NCBI GenBank assembly: GCA_963702025.1
Contig: OY969699.1
Location: 704,001 to 768,000 of the forward strand
From: an uncultured bacterium
GTDB lineage: Bacteria; Babelota; Babeliae; Babelales; Vermiphilaceae
DNA: 64,000 nucleotides
Direction: 5' to 3'
Part shown: piece by piece, positions 57,737-64,000 of the stretch
Layout: each line of letters starts with the position of its first letter
How positions within the stretch are numbered: the first letter of the stretch is position 1
Notes under the pieces: generated by a model
What the model was told of the DNA's origin: nothing
The model's database searches: none
Seen by the model: only the letters and a program-made list of their open reading frames with translations
Translations under genes and position numbers: made by a program

Positions 57737-58606
57737 TCATGGTTTAAACGTTATGCGTAATGTTTTGCCATACGCCCACTGAGGCGGCGTTAAATGCGAA
57801 GCTGCTTTGCGAGCGGCACTATCAAATACTAATACTCCCGAAGATTGTTCCACATCCAAATCGGTTATCGAGCCATCAAATCCAATGCTGATCTTTATAG
57901 TACAGGCGCTCTCTTTAGGCATGCCGGGCGGCGGGCTCCAATGCTGCGCCATTTCTTGTTGAATGTATTCCTGTAATTGCAAAGCTTCCATCTCTTCCCG
58001 ACCAACATATACCACTTCCTGGCCAGCTGCATCAAGAGCATTCTGAGCGACGGGCGGTACGACCGGTTCAGATTGTTGGCTTGGGGAGGGGTTTGGTTTT
58101 ATTGGGTCTTCTTTTACCGTGGGCTCAATTATTTTTGGTTGTTGTTTTACCGGTTCTGGTTTTTGCTTTACGGCGCTTTGTTTTTTCGTGGAAGAAGTTG
58201 CGGCTTTTTTAACTTTTTGTTCTTTTTTTGCTTTTGCATTTTTCTTTGTTTTTTTAGGGGGTACCACACCAATAGTGGTTCCTTTTTTTTCATGGCGAAT
58301 ACCGGCTTCTTTTACCGATTCATCCGATTTTGCGACGGTCTGGACACCACCACTCGATGAGCTAGTATTTTTTTTATTGCTCACTGGTTGTTGCTTGATT
58401 GATTTATACAGCGGCATAAAGACAACCGGCACATCGGTATCAATCATTGTGCTGGTAACTATAACCGAATACACCGTTGAACCTTTATAGATAAATAAAA
58501 GGGAAAATAATCCAAACAGATGGAAGAGGCCCGAGATAGCAAGAATTTTTCTCCCCAATGGCAGATCTTTAAGCAGCTTTAGCCGTAGCCAGTGCAACAC
58601 GATCAA
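57737..58606 (-). CDS. tolA: TolA/TonB-like energy transducer
   Basis: TM helix with SxxxH, K/P-rich linker, WSPP...SSG..FD.AA C-terminal domain. Confidence 0.75.
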   Translation of the reverse strand: MIVLHWLRLKLLKDLPLGRKILAISGLFHLFGLFSLLFIYKGSTVYSVIVTSTMIDTDVPVVFMPLYKSIKQQPVSNKKNTSSSSGGVQTVAKSDESVKEAGIRHEKKGTTIGVVPPKKTKKNAKAKKEQKVKKAATSSTKKQSAVKQKPEPVKQQPKIIEPTVKEDPIKPNPSPSQQSEPVVPPVAQNALDAAGQEVVYVGREEMEALQLQEYIQQEMAQHWSPPPGMPKESACTIKISIGFDGSITDLDVEQSSGVLVFDSAARKAASHLTPPQWAYGKTLRITFKP

Positions 58607-58991
58607 CGCCCCCTACCAGTTTTACCTCTTCAACAAGACCGATGATTTCTTTATAGGCCACATCCCCATCACCTTTTACAAAAACCGTTTTATTTTTTTG
58701 ACCCACCATTTTCTTTTTTAACTGGCTCATCATCTGATCATGACTCAATTGTGCACCGTTTAAAAAGTAATTGTGCTGCTTATCAATATGAATTACTAGA
58801 TCTTCTTGCAACCCTTGCGCCTCCTGCAACTTTCCTTTTGGCAAATCAATTTTGATTGCATTGTTAAGAAGAGGGGAAGTGACCATAAAAATTACCAATA
58901 GCGTCAATGCTGTATCGATAAGCGGCGTGAGAGTAATTTCTGGTATCATTACTGCAGAGCGACGTTTATGTCGCCGATACATTCGTGACAT
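58569..58991 (-). CDS. tolR: TolR/ExbD
   Basis: EITLTPLID..LTLLVIFMVTSP, IDLP, VKGD. Confidence 0.88.
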   Translation of the reverse strand: MSRMYRRHKRRSAVMIPEITLTPLIDTALTLLVIFMVTSPLLNNAIKIDLPKGKLQEAQGLQEDLVIHIDKQHNYFLNGAQLSHDQMMSQLKKKMVGQKNKTVFVKGDGDVAYKEIIGLVEEVKLVGGVDRVALATAKAA

Positions 58992-59001
58992 ACAAGTCTC
59001 C

Positions 59002-59690
59002 TTATTGATGAATCAGGCGATGGGCAATTGCATAAAATTTATCGGCTAATGCCGCGCATCGTTGTTCAACCGATCGTAACAGAGTATTTAAATAAACAAA
59101 CATAACCAGTGCCGGTATGGCAACCATTAAACCCGCCAAGGTGGTTATTAATGCTTCGGCAATACCGGGCGCTACCGTTGCAATGTCGGCCGATTGTTTT
59201 TGGCTTATACTAATAAAAGCATGGACTAAGCCCCACACAGTCCCGAATAACCCAAGCAAGGGAGAAACTGCTGCCGTTGCTGAAAGAAAAGGCATATTGC
59301 TCTCTTCTTGCGCAACTAAATCATCGATCACTTGATATGAATTTTCTCGTAATAGTTCACGTTCGTCGGCAGTTAACCCGATTCTTCCTTGTAATTTAGC
59401 TGTTTCTAATAATGATTTTAAAAACATAAGATTGCGATTGATAAAATAACCACCGGCAGTAGTGTTCAAGCGATACCCAAGCGCTAGAAGATCATCAAAA
59501 CTTTGCACGTTTCCTAATTGATTAAGCGCAGCATCTAGTTCTTTTTTTTCTTCCGGATCATAATTAATTTATAAAAGAAGACTGCCCAGGAAGTAATAGA
59601 AAGCACTAAAAGAATTAATAATACCGCTTTTGAAATCGCATCTGATTGCGCTATCAATTGCCATAAAGCATTTCCCGTAAATAATGACAT
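59002..59690 (-). CDS. tolQ: TolQ/ExbB, frameshifted at A8 run 59542-59549
   Basis: 5' part MSLFTGNALWQLIAQSD...SITSW; 3' part PLLGLFGTVWG, VAPGIAEAL; one extra A gives a continuous 229-aa ORF. Confidence 0.88.
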
Positions 59691-59857
59691 AGTAAATCCC
59701 TTTTTAAAGCAATTTTTTGTTTACATAAAGTGTATCAGAGCAGACTTTTTATTTAAATGGTATTTTATTAAGAATTTTTTTTACATTGCTATCTGCGACA
59801 ATTTTAATGTATTATGAAGCAATACCAAAGATGAACAAAAAAATTGGAGAATATAAA

Positions 59858-59959
59858 ATGCCAGTTCAACTCAAAGCAATTTTGTGTATTATATTTCCGC
59901 CCTATCTGATTTATAAAATTATTTTATTTGCACACAAGCGATATAATTTTCTTGATTAA
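59858..59959 (+). CDS. Putative 33-aa hydrophobic small protein
   Basis: GGAGA RBS; MPVQLKAILCIIFPPYLIYKIILFAHKRYNFLD*. Confidence 0.4.
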   Translation: MPVQLKAILCIIFPPYLIYKIILFAHKRYNFLD

Positions 59960-60010
59960 CATTACTTAACGTTAATTTGAGCTAAGAATTTGTAAAAGTT
60001 ATCATAAAAC

Positions 60011-60161
60011 CCGCTCGTGGTGAGTGCAGCCGCAGGCTGCGTATCGAACCATGCGGGTTTAATAAAATTTCTTTTCGCTGACAATTTTAAAGAGTTCAGC
60101 TCTTTTAATATTAGGCCGCATGGTTCGATACGCTCGCTATGCTCGCACTCACCACGAGCGG
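60011..60161. repeat. Inverted pair of 46-bp REP units
   Basis: 60011-60056 and 60116-60161 are reverse complements except for the central variable segment. Confidence 0.92.
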
Positions 60162-60208
60162 CCTTTTTCAATTTGTGACTCCAGTTTCTTAGCTCTAATT
60201 CGTGTTAC

Positions 60209-61645
60209 TTACTTTAAAACACGCTTGAGCAATTCTTGTTTATCTTTGATGCCTTCATCAATTTGTATCTCGTATGCTTTTTTAAGTAATTTACCCATTT
60301 CCGGTCCCGGTTTAACAATACCCATGAGATCACGGCCAAGCAGCAATGGTTCCACGGGTTTATAAACAACCTGCGCAGTCTTGGCATTTCTTAAGAAGGC
60401 AGTGATATCGGGTATGTTTTTAGTGAGCGGTTCCTGCCCACGCCCGTTTCGGCCACGTTTATCAGCAAGCGCAACTTTTGCTAACAATTCAATGGTAATA
60501 TCTGGTGCTAGTTTATTAGCAAGCCGTCTATATGCCGGTTGCTTTGCACCATTTGCAATAAACTGTCCGGGCGCCATATGATAGCGCACCAACTTAGCTA
60601 CTGCATCTATTAAATCTTTGCGTCGCGTAATGCGTTTAAGCATTTTTTTAGCGAGTGGCACACCCGTTTCTTCATGTCCATAGCTCACAATCTCGCCCTT
60701 AACTTTTTTGGTGGTATTTACCTTGCCAAGATCATGGCACAAAATTGCATAAAGAGCGGTTAATTTTTGAGCAGAATCAACATATTTTAGCTGAGCGGCC
60801 GCATCAAGCGCTTGCATGGTATGTTCAAACACATCCCCTTCAGGATGCCAAGAAGGATTTTGTTTAACGCCAATAGTATCAGCAAGCTCAGGGAGTATTT
60901 CTTTGAGACGACCAATCTTACGCAGCCAGCGAATACCCAATGATGGCCGCACTGATCTGAGCAGTAATTTATCAAATTCACCTTCAATCCGCTCAACGGA
61001 AATATCTTTTAAACTCATCGTGCGACAAATGGTATTTAATTGGGCACTCGGCTTCATTCCAAAACGGCCAAGAAATTGCATTACCCGGAAAAGCCGTAAG
61101 GGATCCTGGGTGAAAAGATGCGCATCGGGCGCGCGCAGAATCCCTTTTTTTAAATCAGAATACCCGTGCCATGGATCAATTAATTCTTTGGTAAGCAAAT
61201 CAATTCCCATCGCATTAATGGTAAGGTCGCGCCGTTTGAAAGCGTCAGCAAAAGTCATATTTGGATCGATAATAACTTTCGGGTGTCTTCCGCTGCTATC
61301 TTTGCGCGGCATAGACCAATCCGCACTTGTCCGCCGAAGCCCTTTTTGAGCGTAGGCCGGATCGAGCCCATGAAGACGCAATACCCCAAAGGATTTACCC
61401 ACAAGGCTCACCGGACCAAACGATGCGAGGATTTTTTGCAACTGCTCTAGCGATAAACCATGGACCTCGATATCAATATCTTTTATGGGAACATTCATCA
61501 AAAGATCGCGAACCGCCCCACCAACTAGCAATGCTCTGCCGCCCGCTTGATCAATTTTGGTAACAATTTTTGCAATAATCGGATTTTGTTTAAAAATTTT
61601 CTTAAAATGACTTTCAACTTTTGCATTTATTTTTGTAAACTTCAT
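60209..61645 (-). CDS. cca: CCA tRNA nucleotidyltransferase with HD domain
   Basis: VGGAVRD, DIDIE, RRDLTINAM, DPLRLFR, ERI, HPEGDV..H, HDLGK. Confidence 0.93.
   Translation of the reverse strand: MKFTKINAKVESHFKKIFKQNPIIAKIVTKIDQAGGRALLVGGAVRDLLMNVPIKDIDIEVHGLSLEQLQKILASFGPVSLVGKSFGVLRLHGLDPAYAQKGLRRTSADWSMPRKDSSGRHPKVIIDPNMTFADAFKRRDLTINAMGIDLLTKELIDPWHGYSDLKKGILRAPDAHLFTQDPLRLFRVMQFLGRFGMKPSAQLNTICRTMSLKDISVERIEGEFDKLLLRSVRPSLGIRWLRKIGRLKEILPELADTIGVKQNPSWHPEGDVFEHTMQALDAAAQLKYVDSAQKLTALYAILCHDLGKVNTTKKVKGEIVSYGHEETGVPLAKKMLKRITRRKDLIDAVAKLVRYHMAPGQFIANGAKQPAYRRLANKLAPDITIELLAKVALADKRGRNGRGQEPLTKNIPDITAFLRNAKTAQVVYKPVEPLLLGRDLMGIVKPGPEMGKLLKKAYEIQIDEGIKDKQELLKRVLK
61325..61360. repeat. 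36-bp palindromic REP module in frame within cca
   Basis: Minus strand CCGGCCTACGCTCAAAAAGGGCTTCGGCGGACAAGT = PAYAQKGLRRTS. Confidence 0.75.
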
Positions 61646-61673
61646 ATACCACATCTAAAAAAAAGGAATTTTT

Positions 61674-62597
61674 ATGAACAATTTTCTTAAACATCTTCTT
61701 ATTTGTACCATTCTTGCAACTCACGGCACAATGTCTGCCTTTTCATTCAAAAAAATATACAGTTATGTAATGCCTAATAAAATACCACAAGAAATCGTCT
61801 ATGAAGAATATCCGGCAAAAAAAGTCACAAAATTAACGGTAAAAAATAAAAATGGCAATATTACCCTTAAAACGGACGCAACCCAAAGTGCCATTCTTTT
61901 AAAGGGAATAAAGAAAGCTCTGGAAGAAGAACAATTGGGACAATTTAAGATTACTCAAAAAATTGTCGCCCAAGAAATGATCATTGAGATTGCTTATGAT
62001 GAAAGTATCGACGGTTCGGTTGATTTGGAAATTATTGCCCCTAAAACAGTGGCCTTAGATATCTGCACTATTGAGGGATCAATTTTTATTAAAGAACCAC
62101 ACAAACAAGTTTATGCTTGCACACAAAAAGGACCAATAGAAATTGTTAACCCTCTCAGTTCCATCGATGCTGTCACTCAAAATAAAGGAACCATCACTAT
62201 CTATAAACCCCAGGATCAAGTTAAAGCACAAACTAATCAAGGCAATATTGTTATTCATGACGCGCAAAGCACTGTTTTTGCTAATTCCACCTACGGCAAT
62301 GTGCAACTCTTTGCCAAAGAGGTCCCTTCAACCAGCATGATAAAACTAACTTCAGTGAGTGGCTCCATTTCTGTGCACTTGCCATCGGATGTTAATGCTG
62401 ATGTTCAAGCATCAACAAAGCATGGCACCATATTCTCCGATCATTTTATTACACTCAAACCGCAAACCACACAGCTCAACAAATACACCTGGAAACGGTT
62501 ACAACAGCACATCGACGGCACACTAGGAACCGGCGAAGCACAAATAAAACTCAGTTCCGTGCGCAGTGATATTAAATTGTTGGAATTAAAAGCGTAG
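61674..62597 (+). CDS. DUF4097-like (putative adhesin) beta-repeat protein
   Basis: Signal peptide; repeated xTxxGxI motifs (KNGNI, TNQGNI, STYGNV, SVSGSI). Confidence 0.75.
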   Translation: MNNFLKHLLICTILATHGTMSAFSFKKIYSYVMPNKIPQEIVYEEYPAKKVTKLTVKNKNGNITLKTDATQSAILLKGIKKALEEEQLGQFKITQKIVAQEMIIEIAYDESIDGSVDLEIIAPKTVALDICTIEGSIFIKEPHKQVYACTQKGPIEIVNPLSSIDAVTQNKGTITIYKPQDQVKAQTNQGNIVIHDAQSTVFANSTYGNVQLFAKEVPSTSMIKLTSVSGSISVHLPSDVNADVQASTKHGTIFSDHFITLKPQTTQLNKYTWKRLQQHIDGTLGTGEAQIKLSSVRSDIKLLELKA

Positions 62598-62645
62598 CAA
62601 CCTTCGCAACGTGCTTGCAAGTTTTATGTTCTATCTTATTAAGCG

Positions 62646-62884
62646 GCCCTTCGACCCAGCCGTCGCTCTTCGAGCTATGGCGGGCAGGCTGGGCGTTTAC
62701 TCCTGAGCTTGCCGAAGGGACAGGATAAACTCCGCAATTTTTACGGAAATATCCAGAACTGGCGATAGCCAGGCGTCCTTCGATACGAAAACTGCGTTTT
62801 CTACTCAGGATGAGCGGAAGGACGCGTTTACTCCCGAGCAAAGTCGAGGGGTTGCCGAGCCGGAAGGCCCGGATAAGCGAAGAC
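62646..62884. repeat. Cluster of REP-like modules abutting the tRNA 3' end
   Basis: CCTTCGACCCAGCCGTCG..GGCGGGCAGG; CCTGAGCTTGCCGAAGG; CCTTCGATACGAAAACTGCGTTTTCTACTCAGGATGAGCGG. Confidence 0.88.
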
Positions 62885-62960
62885 TGGTGGAGCTGACCGG
62901 GGTCGAACCGGTGGCCTCATGAATGCCATCCATGCGCTCTACCAACTGAGCTACAGCCCC
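62885..62960 (-). tRNA. tRNA-Ala(GGC), CCA encoded
   Basis: GGGGCTGTAGCTCAGTTGGTAGAGCGCATGGA-TGGCA-TTCATGAGGCCACCGGTTCGACCCCGGTCAGCTCCACCA, 76 nt, G3:U70. Confidence 0.97.
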
Positions 62961-63083
62961 ACAAAATTATTCTGAATTTAAAAAGAGAAGTATGCTCTCA
63001 ATTTTAACGTTACTGTTTCAAAAATCAACATAAAACTGGATTAAGTCCATGCTTCGCAGCTACAAAGAGCAAGCACACGAATG

Positions 63084-63200
63084 CTGCCTGTCCTACGAAG
63101 CTTTAGCGAAGTAGGAAGCTACAGCCCCACAAAAATTTGCTACTCAAAAAAAATGGAAAGGATATACTCATTGTATCTGCATTAAGACAAAAATCAATCC
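63084..63200 (-). pseudogene. Duplicated tRNA-Ala 5' end plus promoter, interrupted by a REP module
   Basis: GGGGCTGTAGCT-[TCCTACTTCGCTAAAGCTTCGTAGGACAGG]-CAG with a TTGATT-16 nt-TACAAT promoter upstream. Confidence 0.55.
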
Positions 63201-63226
63201 GTTTTATAAAAGCAATAAGGGCTCGT

Positions 63227-64000
63227 ATGCGCGCAATCAGTTATAAGATTCTATTAATTGCAACTATGTTGAGTACTTCTATTACCGATGCAACCACCAT
63301 ATCTATACAACCGGTGGATGAAACCACCAGAATTATTGACATTACCATACCCATTGCTCCCAATGATGTTTTTTACAGTGAATATCTTGATGTTGGCATT
63401 GATAATCCCGCCATTGATCTCTTTTCTATAGATATTGAAACACCATCAATCAGACAATTCGATGCGGATTTAAAAACCTATAAAACCGTTTTTGATAAGC
63501 CGGTACACATGATCCTGCAGATACGCAGTGATGATTTTTCTCAATTGAAAAATGCCAAACTTTTTGTGTCATATTTTCCAAAATCACACAAACAGTTAGT
63601 GGAAGAAGTTATCCCACTCGATAAAGACTATTTCGAAACAAAAAATGCACGGCTTTCATTAGGACAATATCCAAAATCAGAATCCGAGCAAAAAGAAACA
63701 CCCTCTGCCAAAAGTGATACCACAGATTCGGGCAAAGAATCCGCCACCGATGGATCATGGTTCTCGTGGCTCACCAATACCATTACCGCTAATAATTCGC
63801 TCACCGTACGCATGCTACTAGTTTTTTTGCTCGGCCTTTTAATGAGCCTTACCCCCTGCATTTATCCCATGATTCCCATCACCGCCGGCATTTTACAATC
63901 ACAAGCAACCAAATCAATTTTTATCAGTTTTTTACTCGCACTCAGTTACACCGTCGGCATTGCAACAACATTTGCAATTCTTGGGTTACTTGCCGCTTTT
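63227..64000 (+). CDS. dsbD: Thiol:disulfide interchange protein DsbD-like, runs off window end
   Basis: Signal peptide; GLLMSLTPCIYPMIPIT in frame with ATG 63227. Confidence 0.85.
   Translation, partial: MRAISYKILLIATMLSTSITDATTISIQPVDETTRIIDITIPIAPNDVFYSEYLDVGIDNPAIDLFSIDIETPSIRQFDADLKTYKTVFDKPVHMILQIRSDDFSQLKNAKLFVSYFPKSHKQLVEEVIPLDKDYFETKNARLSLGQYPKSESEQKETPSAKSDTTDSGKESATDGSWFSWLTNTITANNSLTVRMLLVFLLGLLMSLTPCIYPMIPITAGILQSQATKSIFISFLLALSYTVGIATTFAILGLLAAF

Noticed and set aside
59962..60365. ORFs 59962-60171 and 60120-60365
   Set aside because: Translations of REP DNA or antisense to cca (MVRYAR..HHER).
62572..62841. 89-aa minus-strand ORF
   Set aside because: Composed almost entirely of the REP cluster.
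35066..62884. REP copies as a CRISPR array
   Set aside because: Copies are dispersed, not regularly spaced direct repeats with unique spacers; no cas genes in the window.
63040..63128. GGGGCTG start as tmRNA
   Set aside because: It matches the adjacent tRNA-Ala 5' end, is far too short, and has no tag ORF or tRNA-like 3' end.

Overview
AT-rich bacterial chromosome segment. The gene content (many ankyrin, WD40, LRR and BTB/Skp1-like proteins with signal peptides, two DUF2608-like HAD genes, batABCDE, tolQRAB) suggests an intracellular parasite of protists, most likely Ca. Dependentiae/Babelota (TM6); this is an inference. Housekeeping genes: topA, rpsT, rpmB, ftsH, plsC, CCA-adding enzyme, dsbD (partial), tRNA-Ala(GGC), an ABC-2 transporter, an M23 peptidase and an OPT-like transporter, plus one IS630 element. 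Main observations: (1) 26 exported-looking proteins have Met directly after the signal peptide, and 23 of them read M-[E/D/Q]; housekeeping periplasmic proteins do not. (2) These proteins carry apparent SOCS-box, BTB/Skp1-like and F-box-like modules and C-terminal CaaX boxes, consistent with host ubiquitin-ligase and prenylation mimicry. (3) A modular palindromic REP-like family has inserted in frame into three genes (CCA enzyme, OPT transporter, batC) and into a duplicated tRNA-Ala 5' end. (4) There is a tandem pair of divergent cyclodipeptide-synthase-like genes. (5) Several single-base frameshifts, mostly at homopolymers (tolQ, DUF5674, IS630, a hidden CaaX tail), are either slippage sites or assembly errors. 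All domain calls were made by eye from motifs; no searches were run.
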